Notes: a model not told the origin generated them from the sequence alone. Shown: positions 11,429-22,549, counted from the stretch's first letter. The stretch: 64,000 nucleotides of DNA from an uncultured Verrucomicrobiae bacterium (GCA_963812605.1 CAWEWF010000001.1:608001-672000), one strand, 5' to 3'. Program-made: numbers and translations.

Positions 11429-12577
11429 TCATTGCCAGGTCAGCAGGACGCGGATGCCCTTCAAAATGTCCACGGCGCGCTGCAGCACCACGTCGCGCAC
11501 GTTTTGGATCTCATCTTCCTCTTCATGTTCCTTGTCCGTCGCCGACTGGTCGGCGTTCGTCGATGCTGCACGGATTGGCAGCTCGCTATCGATCGACTGG
11601 CCGTGGAATACCTTGACCAACTCGGCTTCCGTCAGCCCCTTCTTGTTCACACGGGGCTGCAGGCTCGCGGTCAGGGTTTCATTGGTCTGCACGGTCAGCA
11701 CCACGTCGCGCTCCGTCTTTGGATCGATCTTCACGGCAACGTCCGGTGTGAGGCCGTCAGGGAACAGGTTGACAGGTTGCGTCGCGTCCTGCGGGGGCGC
11801 GAGCACGATCTTCGCGGTGGCGATGCGCAGGATCCGTCCATCGCTCAGCTTCACCTCTTGCCAGGCGGCGGCGGAACCGGCGGTTTTGGAGCCGATAACG
11901 ATCCCGCGATCCTCGGTGCGCAACGCCCCGGCCAGGGCTTCGGCGCTGCCGCGCGTTTCCTTGTTTACCAGCAACATCAGCGGGGCGGAAGTCAGGTCCA
12001 TCCCCCCCAGTGAGGCCGGTTTGACATCCGCGCCGGCGTGAAAGACTTGCGGGGCCTTTTCCGAACTTTTCAGCGTGAACAACTCCTGTCCGTCGTTCAA
12101 GAAGCGGCTGGCGATGGCAGCGGTGGCGGCGAAATTCGTGCCGTCCGCATAACGCAGATCGAGCACGAAGCCGGTGACTTTCTGGTCAGCGAATTTCTTC
12201 AGTTCCGCATCCAGCGCGGCGGGCGTTCCATCGGTCACCTCCGCGAGGCGGATGTAGCCGATGTCGGGGCCGATGACTTCCGCGCGCGCGAGGGGTACAG
12301 TCGGCTGCGGCTCGGCCGCGGCATTTGTCGACGGTGATTCCGGTTCGACAATCACGACACCGCGTCCCATGGCTTCGAGGATGCCCGTGACCGTGGCTTC
12401 GTTCAGCAGTTTCTCATTGAGTTTGTCGCGGTCGACATAATTCGATTTGAGAATGCTGATGACTTCCGCCGTCGGTCGCAACGACGCGCCGGCATCGGCG
12501 GCGCGGCACGGCGGAGCGGCGCCGGTCACCACCAACAAAAGACCCGCGGTAATTCCAACAACAATTGTCTTCATCAT
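11429..12577 (-). CDS. Secreted S41 (tail-specific protease)-like protein, no PDZ, catalytic residues substituted
   Basis: Signal peptide, [52 protein letters not shown]. Start taken at MMKTIVVG. Confidence 0.8.
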   Translation of the reverse strand: MMKTIVVGITAGLLLVVTGAAPPCRAADAGASLRPTAEVISILKSNYVDRDKLNEKLLNEATVTGILEAMGRGVVIVEPESPSTNAAAEPQPTVPLARAEVIGPDIGYIRLAEVTDGTPAALDAELKKFADQKVTGFVLDLRYADGTNFAATAAIASRFLNDGQELFTLKSSEKAPQVFHAGADVKPASLGGMDLTSAPLMLLVNKETRGSAEALAGALRTEDRGIVIGSKTAGSAAAWQEVKLSDGRILRIATAKIVLAPPQDATQPVNLFPDGLTPDVAVKIDPKTERDVVLTVQTNETLTASLQPRVNKKGLTEAELVKVFHGQSIDSELPIRAASTNADQSATDKEHEEEDEIQNVRDVVLQRAVDILKGIRVLLTWQ

Positions 12578-12623
12578 ACCTCGTAAGATCAAGCTTTGCT
12601 CCGACAGCCCCTGGCTGTCGGCG

Positions 12624-13895
12624 TTATGTTCGTATCGCCCGGGCCGCAATATCGCGGCGAAACTGCATGCCGTCAAAGTGAATTCTCTGGACCGCTTCAT
12701 ACGCCCGGCGCGCGGCGCTCTCAATGCTCCCGCCGAGCGCGGTGACGCCCAGGACCCGTCCGCCATCCGTGACGATTTGGCCGGCGGCGTTCTGCCGTGT
12801 ACCCCCGTGGAACACGCAAACCTTATCCAACTCGGCGGCATCTTTCAACCCCGCAATCGGCTGGTCGCGTTCGTACAGTCCGGGATAGCCGCCGGCGGCC
12901 AGCACCACACAGACGGCGGATTCCTTCTTCCATGCCAGCGGCAGACGGTCAAGCCGGCCGTCGATTGTGGCTTCCGCCGCATCGAGCAGGTCGAAATCCA
13001 TTCGCGGCAGCACGACCTGGGTTTCGGGATCGCCGAAACGGCAATTGAATTCGAGCACCTGCGGCCCGCGCTCGGTGATCATGAGTCCCGCGTACAACAC
13101 GCCGCGGTATTCGATGCCTTCGGCCCGCAATCCCGCCAGTGTTTGCCGAAAAATCCCGTCAATCTGCTTTGTAAGCAACTCGTTCAGCAGCGGCGTGGGC
13201 GAATATGCCCCCATGCCGCCGGTGTTCGGGCCGCGGTCGCCGTCCAGCGCGCGTTTGTGGTCCTGCGCCGACGCCAGCACCTGGAAGGATTGGCCGTCGA
13301 CAAGCGCCATGACGGAAAGTTCTTCACCGCGCAGGCATTCCTCGAGAATGATTTGCGCGCCCGCCGCGCCAAAGATTCTGCGTTCCATGATTTCCGTGAT
13401 GGCTTGCTCGGCTTCAGCAGTTGTGGACGCGACGATCACGCCTTTGCCGGCGGCCAGGCCATCGGCCTTGACGACCACCGGCGCACCGATCTTGCGCAGA
13501 TGGGCGCGGGCGGCGTCTGTGTCATCGAAGATGGCTGCGGCGGCGGTGGGAACGTGGTGCTTGAGAAGAATCTGCTTGCTGAAAACCTTGCTGCCTTCCA
13601 ATTGGGCCGCGCGCTGGTTGGGGCCGAACACACGGAGGCCCCGACGTTGAAAAACATCAACAATGCCGGCGCACAAGGGTCCCTCGGGGCCGACCACGGT
13701 AAGATCGACCTTCTGTGCGACGGCGAACGCCGCCAACTGGTCGATCTCCATGGCCGGGATGGGCACGCATTCGGCCAGGGCGGCAATGCCGGCGTTGCCC
13801 GGCGCGCAAAAGAGTTTGGTAACGCGCGGGCTTTGGGTGATTTTCCATGCGAGCGCGTGTTCGCGCCCGCCGCTGCCAATGATCAGGATTCTCAT
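12624..13895 (-). CDS. purD: Phosphoribosylamine-glycine ligase
   Basis: GSGGREHAL, VVGPEGPL, KADGLAAGKGV, QDHKR, GPNTGGMGAYSP, EFNCRFGDPETQ. Confidence 0.97.
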   Translation of the reverse strand: MRILIIGSGGREHALAWKITQSPRVTKLFCAPGNAGIAALAECVPIPAMEIDQLAAFAVAQKVDLTVVGPEGPLCAGIVDVFQRRGLRVFGPNQRAAQLEGSKVFSKQILLKHHVPTAAAAIFDDTDAARAHLRKIGAPVVVKADGLAAGKGVIVASTTAEAEQAITEIMERRIFGAAGAQIILEECLRGEELSVMALVDGQSFQVLASAQDHKRALDGDRGPNTGGMGAYSPTPLLNELLTKQIDGIFRQTLAGLRAEGIEYRGVLYAGLMITERGPQVLEFNCRFGDPETQVVLPRMDFDLLDAAEATIDGRLDRLPLAWKKESAVCVVLAAGGYPGLYERDQPIAGLKDAAELDKVCVFHGGTRQNAAGQIVTDGGRVLGVTALGGSIESAARRAYEAVQRIHFDGMQFRRDIAARAIRT

Positions 13896-13963
13896 CGCGA
13901 GGCCAAGCGCCACTGTAGGTGAAACTTTCCGCGACGGTCAATCCCGGAAACCATGACGGCTGG

Positions 13964-14680
13964 CTATTGGATCGCCTTGATTTTCAGGGGCGCATCGGTT
14001 TGATCGGAACCATGCAGCACCATGGTCGGCTTCCCGTGTTTGAATGTCCCCGACAGCGAACTGTGAACGGTGTCTGGCCCGGGAAACGTGCGATCGATGG
14101 ATACGGTAAGCTTGTCGTGCGAAGTGGCGATAATTACGCCGCTCAAGGTGTAGGAGCCGGTATCACTGAGTCCCTGGCCCGTCACGTCGAAGACCGCCGG
14201 GAAATTCGTTGCCGGAGAGATCGTGTAGGTTTCGGCGAGGGTCTTTCCCAAACGGGAAACCTCTGCGGTCCAAAAGCCGCTGAGATCGGGAAAGTCTGTC
14301 GCCTTTTCTCCCTGGTAGCGGAAGCGGTGAGCGGTGCCCTTGCCCTTGGCGACGAAGCGGGTCGCACTCGTCAAATGCGCGGTCAGGCTGGCGGCGGTAT
14401 TGGTGCCCCCGAACGATTGGAGAGAGGCGACCACAACATCGCCGTGACTATCGAAGCCCCAATTGCCCGTAAGCGTAAAGAGGCCCGATTCCTTCCGCGT
14501 AATTCCATAGCCGCTGACCGTGAAATCGTTGGAGAAGGTCAGCATCTCGTTGCCCCGATCCACGCCCAGGATGGTGATTTCCCACGAACCGACGGGTGTA
14601 AGACTCTGTCCGCGAGCGATAGCCGGCTGGAAAACCAAAACGGCCGCAAACAGGCCAAAAATCAAAATCGACTGCTTCAT
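13964..14680 (-). CDS. Secreted beta-rich hypothetical protein with two internal repeats
   Basis: GAGGA RBS before MKQSILIFG; signal peptide; two ~100-aa halves beginning PVGSW and LSGFW. Confidence 0.65.
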   Translation of the reverse strand: MKQSILIFGLFAAVLVFQPAIARGQSLTPVGSWEITILGVDRGNEMLTFSNDFTVSGYGITRKESGLFTLTGNWGFDSHGDVVVASLQSFGGTNTAASLTAHLTSATRFVAKGKGTAHRFRYQGEKATDFPDLSGFWTAEVSRLGKTLAETYTISPATNFPAVFDVTGQGLSDTGSYTLSGVIIATSHDKLTVSIDRTFPGPDTVHSSLSGTFKHGKPTMVLHGSDQTDAPLKIKAIQ

Positions 14681-14786
14681 TACTTCCTCCTTGTTGTTAC
14701 GAACGTCCCCAAAGAAGTTTGTAATATTTTTGGCGCGAGGTGGCAACCGAAAAGAATGGCGAGAGCCGCGTTGGGGACAGTCTGAT

Positions 14787-15878
14787 TCAGGGCGAATTTT
14801 TCCCAAGAATGGCCACGGCCATCGCCAGCGCCTTCTCGTAGACCTTATCGCGCGAGCCCCGGTCGAGTTCCTGCGACAAGAGCGAGGCGTCGTCGGTTGG
14901 CCAGAAGGCGCGCTTGCGCGGCAGGCCGCAGGCGTTGGGCATGTCAATCGTCGCGCTGGCGGTGCTCTCACCGTGGTTCTTGCGGATCGAAAACGTGGCG
15001 TTGTCCGTCTGGATGGCGATCGACAGGAGGCCCACCGAGGTTGCGTCACGGTCCTCGCGAGCGGAGAGGTGGATTTTCTCCGCAGCCTCGTCCACGGGCC
15101 AGTTCAATTGCGCGGCGATCCAGGAACTGTACAGGAGCGCCCGCAGCCCGGCACCGGGACCGCGACCGTGGACGATGTCGACGGCGCGAATCTGCGCCAG
15201 CTCGATCCGACAGTTTGGTTCGTCGAAGAATTCCGCGGCGAGACGGCGCCACAAACCGAGGCGGGTCCAACTCAGGTCGGCGAAACTGCCACGGGGGTGC
15301 TCGGCGATGGCGCGGGCCAGGGCGGCCAACTGCGATTGTGGATCTGTCCAGGTCGACGTGTCGTAAATCACCCGGTCGGCCACGGCCACGAGGCGACGGA
15401 AGAGAGCGATTCTCTTCAGGAAATCACCCTGCCACCAAATAACGGTGGGCAGGTCGGATTCCAGCAGGGGCAGGACCGCCGCGCCCAGGTGCACGATGGC
15501 CGGGCCGCTGGCATGAATCGCGATTTGTTCGCAGCAAACTTGTTTTTGCCCGGTGCCGGCGAGATGGCAATGGGCGGAGATCGAAGCCGACAGTTCCGCT
15601 GTCGCAACATCCGGCTGCACCACCAGCACGATCGCCCGGCACGGATGCTGGCTGGTGAGCGTGCTAATCACCTCGCCGGCGTGCGCGGATTCCTCGTCGG
15701 TTTCGCAGAACACGATGAAATTGAAAAGGCAGGCACGGGTGATCTGGCGTTGCGACGGGTCTTTCTCGGATTCCGCCGCGAGTTGCCAGAGTTCGTGAAG
15801 CTGGCGCTCGATCTGCGCCACGTCCACGGCGGTCTCAACGCCGGCGGTGAAGGTTTCGAGTTGGGCATTGTTGGGCAT
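14787..15878 (-). CDS. opcA: Glucose-6-phosphate dehydrogenase assembly protein
   Basis: ITRACLFN, HPCRAI, VCCEQI, LLESDLPTVIWW, DLSWTRL; adjacent to zwf. Confidence 0.9.
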   Translation of the reverse strand: MPNNAQLETFTAGVETAVDVAQIERQLHELWQLAAESEKDPSQRQITRACLFNFIVFCETDEESAHAGEVISTLTSQHPCRAIVLVVQPDVATAELSASISAHCHLAGTGQKQVCCEQIAIHASGPAIVHLGAAVLPLLESDLPTVIWWQGDFLKRIALFRRLVAVADRVIYDTSTWTDPQSQLAALARAIAEHPRGSFADLSWTRLGLWRRLAAEFFDEPNCRIELAQIRAVDIVHGRGPGAGLRALLYSSWIAAQLNWPVDEAAEKIHLSAREDRDATSVGLLSIAIQTDNATFSIRKNHGESTASATIDMPNACGLPRKRAFWPTDDASLLSQELDRGSRDKVYEKALAMAVAILGKNSP

Positions 15879-15881
15879 GGC

Positions 15882-17424
15882 TTACGGGCGTCTCCATTCG
15901 CGTCCATCCTTTTCGATAAACTTGTCCGCCTCGGGCGGGCCCCAGGTACCGGATTCGTAGAGGTAGGGCGCCGGCGCAGTGTTCCAGCCCTCGATGATTG
16001 CGTCGATGATCTGCCACGAGCGCTCGACTTCGTCGCGGCGCGTGAACAAGGTCGAATCGCCGAGGATCGCGTCGTGGAGGAGCCGCTCATACGCCTCCGG
16101 GGAGTGCGCGCCGAAGCTGCCACCGTAACGGAAATCCATCTTCACGGGCTGCAAGTTCATCTCGTTGCCCGGCACCTTCGCGTTCATGCGGATGGCGATG
16201 CCTTCGTCGGGCTGAATGCGCATCACCAGCGCGTTCGGCTGGAGCGGCGCGGTCGAGTCGGCGGCGAAGAGGACGGCCGGCGGCGCCTGAAACTGGATGG
16301 CGATCTCGGCGACGCCCTTCGGGAGCCGCTTGCCGTGACGAAGATAAAACGGCACGCCGGCCCAGCGCCAGTTTTCGATGTACAGCTTCAGGGCGACGAA
16401 GGTCTCGGTTCGGGAGTCGGGGGCCACGCTTTTTTCCTCGCGGTAGGCGGGAACCGCCTGGCCGGCCATCGAGCCGCGCCCGTATTGGCCGCGCAAGGTG
16501 AATTGATGGACCTGCTCCGGAGTCATCGGGCGGATCGCGCGCAGGACCTTGACCTTTTCATCGTGAATGGCCGCGCCATCCAGTGTGCTGGGCGGCTCCA
16601 TGGCGACGAGCGAGAGCAACTGCATCATGTGATTCTGCACCATGTCACGGAGCGCGCCGGAGCCGTCGTAGTAGCCGCCGCGGCCTTCCACGCCGAGCGA
16701 CTCGGCGACCGTGATTTGGATGTGATCCACGTATTTCTGGTTCCAGAGCGGCTCGAAGATTTCATTGGCGAACCGGAGCGCGGCGATGTTCTGGACGGTC
16801 TCCTTGCCGAGATAATGGTCGATGCGGAAAATCTGCCGTTCGGCGAACACGCCGGCCAGCGTCTGGTTCAACTCCTCGGCCGTGGCCAGGCTGCGCCCGA
16901 AAGGTTTCTCGACGATGATGCGCTGGGACGCGGTGGGGGGCTGCTTCTTGATCGACGAGACCATTGGCGCCGAGTTGTTCGATGATGCCGATGAACTCCG
17001 TGGGCGCGGTGGCGAGATAGAAGAGACGATTGCCCGCGGTGCCGCGTTCGGTGTCCAGCTTTTGCAGGAACGTCTTGAGTTTCTGGTAGCCCTGGGCGTC
17101 GGCAAACTCCGATTGATGGTAGAAGATTCCCTGGGCCAGCGAGTCCCAGACAGCGGGGTTGATCGGCTGGAAACGCGAGAACTGCGCGACCGCCTCGCGC
17201 AACTCCGCGCGGAACTGGTCGTGGGTCTTCGGCCGGCGCGCGAACCCGACGATGGCAAAGGATTGCGGGAGCTGGCCTTCGTGGGCGAGATTATAGAGCG
17301 CCGGGACGAGCTTGCGGTGGGTGAGGTCGCCAGTCGCGCCGAAAATAACGAGCGCGCACGGTTCCGGCGCCTGCCGCGTGCTGAGACCTTCCTGGAGCGG
17401 ATTCTTCGAGAGTGCGGTCTGCAT
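15882..17424 (-). CDS. zwf: Glucose-6-phosphate 1-dehydrogenase, frameshift in a G run at ~16935-16940
   Basis: IFGATGDL in one frame; EKPFG, RIDHYLGKE, RDMVQNH, WRWAGVPFYLR, PEAYERL in the other. Confidence 0.93.
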
Positions 17425-17557
17425 AATTGGTTACCAGCGTCGAAACTACCACATCGGCGCCGCGCAACGGAAGCGGACAATTTCGGCAGGTCCACGAATT
17501 GCACGAAGGAGACACGAAGGACACGAGGCGAGGGGATGCGGTGGTGCAATTGGCCGA

Positions 17558-17884
17558 TTAGACTGCACGAACCAAGTCTCTGAACTTATCCTCAACATTG
17601 TAAATGACTTCGCAATCACAGTAACCGCCTTGTTGACGAAAACCGCCTTGTTGACGAAGCCACGGCAGTATTTTGTCCGCTGGGAGGTTGCGCTCGCGCA
17701 GAAACCGAATTGTTTCTTCCAGCGTATGGTCACAAGGAGGCACATTCTTACGTTTGAGGAAATCAAAAAGGCCGCGCAAATCCTGTTTGCTCAGAGGCAT
17801 GGACTGCTCAATCTGCTTGCTCTGCTGCCTCTTCCACGCCTCCCACGCCTTCTTCGGCTCGTTCTCGCTGGTGCCCTTGCTCAT
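17558..17884 (-). CDS. DUF2695-like small Cys/His protein
   Basis: CDHTL...GGYCDCEVIYN signature. Confidence 0.75.
   Translation of the reverse strand: MSKGTSENEPKKAWEAWKRQQSKQIEQSMPLSKQDLRGLFDFLKRKNVPPCDHTLEETIRFLRERNLPADKILPWLRQQGGFRQQGGYCDCEVIYNVEDKFRDLVRAV
17623..17658. repeat. Perfect 18-bp tandem duplication
   Basis: AACCGCCTTGTTGACGAA x2, encoding RQQGGF/RQQGGY on the minus strand. Confidence 0.9.
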
Positions 17885-17913
17885 GATTGATACCTTTCAG
17901 CCAAGTCGTTTCG

Positions 17914-18710
17914 CTAACACTGCATCTGAAACTTGCGCTTGCGATGCTGCTCGAAAAAATTCTTTTCAGGCCAGAACTTATCGGGCAGTCGCAGATCCCT
18001 ATTGTCGTATTGCATAAAGTCGAAATCCACGACAGCGTTTGGAAGATAGTTGCGCACGTGAGACACAGATGGTATAGGACTCGTTTTGCCCCACCGAAAT
18101 CGAACGCAGCATGGTGGAGGGCGCAGAAGACAAAGTCCGTTCCGTGGGTTTACGCGCAAATCTTCTCTCTCCGACCATCCGACAATGTGAGCCGCCGTCA
18201 ACACCTCTGGAATCGGATTGCCACACACACAGCACGCACAACCGTAGGAGGCGAGAACGGTGTCGCGAAAAAATCTCTGATAGAGCCGCACCCGAACCTC
18301 ACGCGTTATTTCAGTGGGTGGTATAATTGACGTTCGACGGGAATGAACCTGCGTCTAGGTCTCGGGCCGATTTTGGGTGCGACTTCGAGTTCTTGACCTT
18401 CTTCACCAAGAAGCTTGGTCGAAGCGACTTCACTTTCGACTGCGAGCGTTTCCCAGTTCTTGTGAAACTCATTCCAAATCGCCTTGTCCGCCTTGCTGGC
18501 ACGCGTCAATCCGGTAATTCCTTGGGCTTTGAGAGCGGGGTCAAATGAGCCGAAGTTGCCGAGTTTCATGGCTACTGCAGCAGGAGAACGTCCAATGAGC
18601 TTGGCAACTTCAATGACAGCGGGATTGTTGGCTTTCGTCTTTGCGAACGGTATTCGGCAATAGAGGTTAAAGGTTACAAGCAGTTCTTCTCGTGACCATT
18701 CTTTCGTCAT
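17914..18710 (-). pseudogene. HNH endonuclease (putative modification-dependent restriction type), multiply frameshifted
   Basis: N-terminal WSREEL...LYC.IPF...GRSPAAVAMKLGNF; C-terminal FRDTVLASY...CCVCG...LTAAHI...NPRNGLCL; at least two frame breaks. Confidence 0.7.
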
Positions 18711-19116
18711 TGGTGCGCTGCCTCAGTTGATCTGAGGACTTCCATTGTGTCGATCAGTCGGAAACGAATCCCGTCCGCCAAGAGCTTTCCTTGCTGACGG
18801 GCATTGTACACCGCCTCATCATCAAGTCGGTAAGTCGAAGCGCCTTCGCGGACAGAAGTCCGGCGTAGCTTACTTTTGGCGGAGTACCGGAGCGCTGTCT
18901 TCCTTCTGTTTTGTGTCTTCGCCTGAATCACGACTACTTCTATTAACCCAGATGAGGTGCAACTATCAAGTTTAGGATGTTGAGAAGCGGCAAATTGTAG
19001 ATCAATGGGGTCGAACCCGTGTTTGCAGGGGATTTCCGTCTCCGTATCGTAAATCGATAATTTGGCTGGACGCGGTGTGGTGGGAGGGGTATGATAGGCG
19101 GGAAACAAATGCATGT

Positions 19117-19438
19117 TGTGAGCCTACAGTTCGCAGACAGCACGGCGACAGAGCGCCGTGGCTACAGGAAAAAGGCGGTGGGTGGATCGCAGCTACAGCC
19201 AGCAAGGGGGGCCGCCTTCGCCAGGGCTTCGGCGCGACTCGCTGCTGTGGGCAGCTCGGGGCCTGTAAAACATGCGTTTCTGCGAAACGAACCCGATTTG
19301 CTGAATAGAATTTGTGAGTGCATCTGTCGAAATGAAAGGCGGTTATGAAAACAGAAATGGATTTTCAAGACGGGTTCGTTTGGGGAAAACGAACCCATTT
19401 TGGAGGGAGCAGAACGGCGGTCATAGACCGCCGCTACA
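19117..19438 (-). repeat. Cluster of GTAG-type REP-like palindromes
   Basis: CACGGCG-N6-CGCCGTG-GCTACA (19141-19166) and CGGCGGTC-ATA-GACCGCCG-CTACA (19415-19438), i.e. TGTAG + hairpin on the minus strand; further CTACA ends nearby. Confidence 0.6.
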
Positions 19439-19581
19439 AGGGCAGGTGACCGGTTGGAGTCGCGATGGTAACGTTGCTCCCACGTTCCGGAGGGAATTGA
19501 AGGGTTTCCTTGTGAAAATCAAGCTTGACGCGGGGCGGGCTGTTGCAAATTTGGCTCGCAATCGACCGTGGCGGGGGCAGA

Positions 19582-20655
19582 ATGGGGAACGTGGCGCGAC
19601 CGGGCACTTCCATCGTCCGTCTCAAGGACATTGCGCGGAGGCTCAACATCTCGGTGTCGACTGTTTCCCGGGCTTTGGGCAAGGACACGTGCGAGATGGT
19701 CGCGCCGGAGTTGCGGAAGAAAATCCTCGAATTGGCCGAGCAGGCCAACTATGTGCCGGACCCGGCCGCGCAGTTGATGCGCAAACCGAAGGTCCACCTC
19801 ATCACGGTGTTGTTGCCGCGGGAGACGCGCACTTTCATGAGCGAGTACTACGGCGTGGTCTTGTCCGGTATCATTTCCGCCGCACGCGATCGGGGAACGG
19901 AAACACGCATCGCGTTGATCGATCCCGGCGGCGACGATATCCTGGAGCAGATGCAGCGGGTGGCGATCGGCGCGGGCGGGCTGCTCTACATGGCGCTGCC
20001 GTTGACCGCGCGGCAATTGGTGAAGCTCGAGGAGTTTGCCCGACCCATGGTGGTGATGGGCGGGAGCCTGCCGCCACGAGTCGATCTCTCGAGCAGCCGC
20101 GTCAATACGGTCGCGGTGGACAATTTCGCGGCGACGCGCGAGTTGACGACCCGCTTGTTGGAACTGGGCCATCGCCAGATCGGATTGATCGGCGGCCCCA
20201 CAACGGTGCGCGACGCGTGGGAGCGCGAGCAGGGGTTTCTCGAGGCGATGAAGGAAGGCCGGGGGGTAATCGATCCGCAGGCGATCATTCACGCTGAATT
20301 CACCGTGGAAGCCGGGGTGCAAGGCTGGCAGCAGTTGGAGAAATGCGAGCCGCGCCCGACCGCGGTGGTTTGCGGGAATGACGAGATAGCCTTTGGCGTG
20401 CTGGAAACCCTGGCGAACCGGAAGATCCATTGTCCCGTGGAAATCTCGGTCGTGGGCTTCGACGATTCGCGAGGGGCGACACGGATCTCGCCGCCGCTGA
20501 CGACGGCGCGACAACCGATGGCGCAACTGGGTCAAACTGCTGCCGAATTGCTCGTGGACCGATTGCAAGACGCAGGCGAGCCAAAAGTCGAACACCGCCT
20601 GTTTCCAGTCGAGATTATCGAGCGGCAGTCTGTGGCCGCACCTGCCCGATTGTGA
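19582..20655 (+). CDS. LacI-family transcriptional regulator
   Basis: RLKDIARRLNISVSTVSRAL HTH; VDNFAA, LGHRQIG, NDEIAFG, ISVVGFDD, PPLTT. Start uncertain (19582/19591). Confidence 0.93.
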   Translation: MGNVARPGTSIVRLKDIARRLNISVSTVSRALGKDTCEMVAPELRKKILELAEQANYVPDPAAQLMRKPKVHLITVLLPRETRTFMSEYYGVVLSGIISAARDRGTETRIALIDPGGDDILEQMQRVAIGAGGLLYMALPLTARQLVKLEEFARPMVVMGGSLPPRVDLSSSRVNTVAVDNFAATRELTTRLLELGHRQIGLIGGPTTVRDAWEREQGFLEAMKEGRGVIDPQAIIHAEFTVEAGVQGWQQLEKCEPRPTAVVCGNDEIAFGVLETLANRKIHCPVEISVVGFDDSRGATRISPPLTTARQPMAQLGQTAAELLVDRLQDAGEPKVEHRLFPVEIIERQSVAAPARL

Positions 20656-20765
20656 TTTACAATTGACCGCGCGCGAAAGCCTGTGCAACGTGCCGCGTGC
20701 TGAGGAGGATGGTTTGTCGAACTGACGGCAAGCGGAGACCGGATAATTTGCAGTTGCTTTAAGAG

Positions 20766-22403
20766 ATGACTTCCGACATACCCAATACGAATCGTGCGTC
20801 CCCGCCCACCGGCAGTCGATGGCGTTTCCCTTTATCGGTTAGCCTGGTCTTTCTGGTCTGTTGCGTGTGGGTCAATGGCAAAAAGCCGTTTTGGGCTGAC
20901 GAGTTGACCTGCGTCTATTTGATCCAGGACCACTCGCTGGGACACATGCTGCGCGCCCTGGCGGGAGGCGCGGACGTTGTTCCCCCTCTTTACTATCTGT
21001 CGGCGTGGACCTGGGCGCGGGTGGCAGGCGTATCGCAGTTGTCCCTGCGCCTGCATTCCTGGCTCTGGATCAGCATTGCCTTCGCGTTGATTTGGGCGGT
21101 GCTTCGCCGCCGGTACGGTTACTGGCCGGCGTCGGCAGGTTGCGCCGCGGCATTTTGTTTATCGAGGCTGGTGATCTTTCACAACACCGAGACGCGATTT
21201 TACGGATTTTTCCTGGGAGTGGTGGCTTTTGCGGTGTGGGTATTTGACCGCGTCCACGAATCGGACCGTCTCCGCGCGGGCCAGATGGCGCTGATTGCGG
21301 TGGCCCATGCGTGCATGGTTTACGCCCATGTGTTCGGGGTGTTGTACAGCGGCAGCATCCTGCTGGCCTGGATAGTGACCGATGCCTGGCAACATCGTTG
21401 GCGGCCGGCGGTGTATGCATCGGTGGTGATTGGCTGGCTGGCTTTCCTGCCCTGGCTCCCGATTTTCCGCCAACAGACAGCAATCTTTCAGCATGGTTCC
21501 TGGATCCCGATACCCACAGTCACGGACCTGCTGGAGGCGGCCGGGCTTAAGATCAACCTTCCGCTGGCCTTGATATTCATTATCGGATTTGTGCTGGTAA
21601 ACCAGCGGCAGCGACCAGGCAGGACGCTGCGGCCACAAACCTCCGCGCAGGAAGCCCTGCTCGTGCTGAGCATCCTCTTCATTGTGCTGGTGCCGCTGGC
21701 GCTGTGGGTCTTCTCGCAGATATCTCGATCGGTTTTTTGGGACCGGTAGATGATTGCGAGCACGCTTGGTTGGGCGATTCTCTTGAGTTTCCTCTGCGAG
21801 GAACTCGGGGTGGGAGCAACTGAAGACGGGAAATTGGACGCACGAACATGGTCTACTGGACGGTCCGAGCAGGGATCGTTTAGCCCAGTGTGGCTATTGG
21901 CTTTATTTCTCGCGTTTCCGCTGTTCCATGCGCTGACGCATCCCCGTATTCCGCAGCCGAATGCCGAGCGGCTGCCAGCCAGTTTGGAAGGGTTGCCCGT
22001 CGCGCTGCAAACACCGCATGCCTTTCTGCCGCGCATGTATTACCTCGGCACCAACAATAATTACTATTACGTCTTCGATTGGGACGCATCCATCGATCCT
22101 CGAAGCAAGCCCGGCGCGAGTGTCTACGATAAGACCATTGATGGCCTCCGCCGTTTCTACCCGTTGGCGCATGTCGTCAATACCCCGGATTTTCTTTCAC
22201 AGCACCCGCGGTTCCTCTATTTCGATCAGCACGAGACGGCCTGGTTTGATCTGCGCGTGCGGCAGAGTGGTCAATACAAACTGACTTTCATCCCGCGGGA
22301 CGCCCCGGGGATGTTTCTGGTCAATAGTGATGACACAGATGTCTGGTTGGTCGAACGGATTGGTGATACGAAGGCACCAACTGATTCGGCGCGGCATCTT
22401 TGA
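20766..22403 (+). CDS. GT-C (ArnT/PMT-like) membrane glycosyltransferase with in-frame TAG at 21747-21749
   Basis: FWADE, PPLYY, LRL.S, ETRFY motifs, many TM helices; the frame continues WDR*MIAST across the stop. Confidence 0.7.
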
Positions 22404-22549
22404 CGTTCGGCAGTGACAGCGTAATAATGTCCCAATTCCACAGGCAGCGCCTTGCCTCAGGGTTTTTCCTAGAGTACGACCAGCAAAAAAGTGCGCCGTG
22501 CCGGCTTGTGGTTCGATTTATCGGATGCCAGATTGCGTCTGTGCATTCG

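Noticed and set aside
12578-12841. N-terminal extension of the S41-like ORF overlapping purD
   Set aside because: The signal peptide and a GAGG RBS place the start at 12577; the extension is an alternative frame of purD.
14520-16985. 821-aa plus-strand ORF and similar long antisense ORFs (9463, 12447, 19519, 32875, 40943, 47238, 62607)
   Set aside because: Shadow frames opposite well-supported genes in GC-rich DNA, with no recognisable motifs.
7751-17424. fba and zwf as pseudogenes or programmed frameshifts
   Set aside because: All catalytic motifs are intact, breaks fall in homopolymer or GC runs, and the same error type recurs across the window.
19466-19478. LacI operator candidate TGGTAACGTTGCT upstream of lacI
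   Set aside because: Plausible, but a single short imperfect palindrome without convincing further copies; too weak to call.
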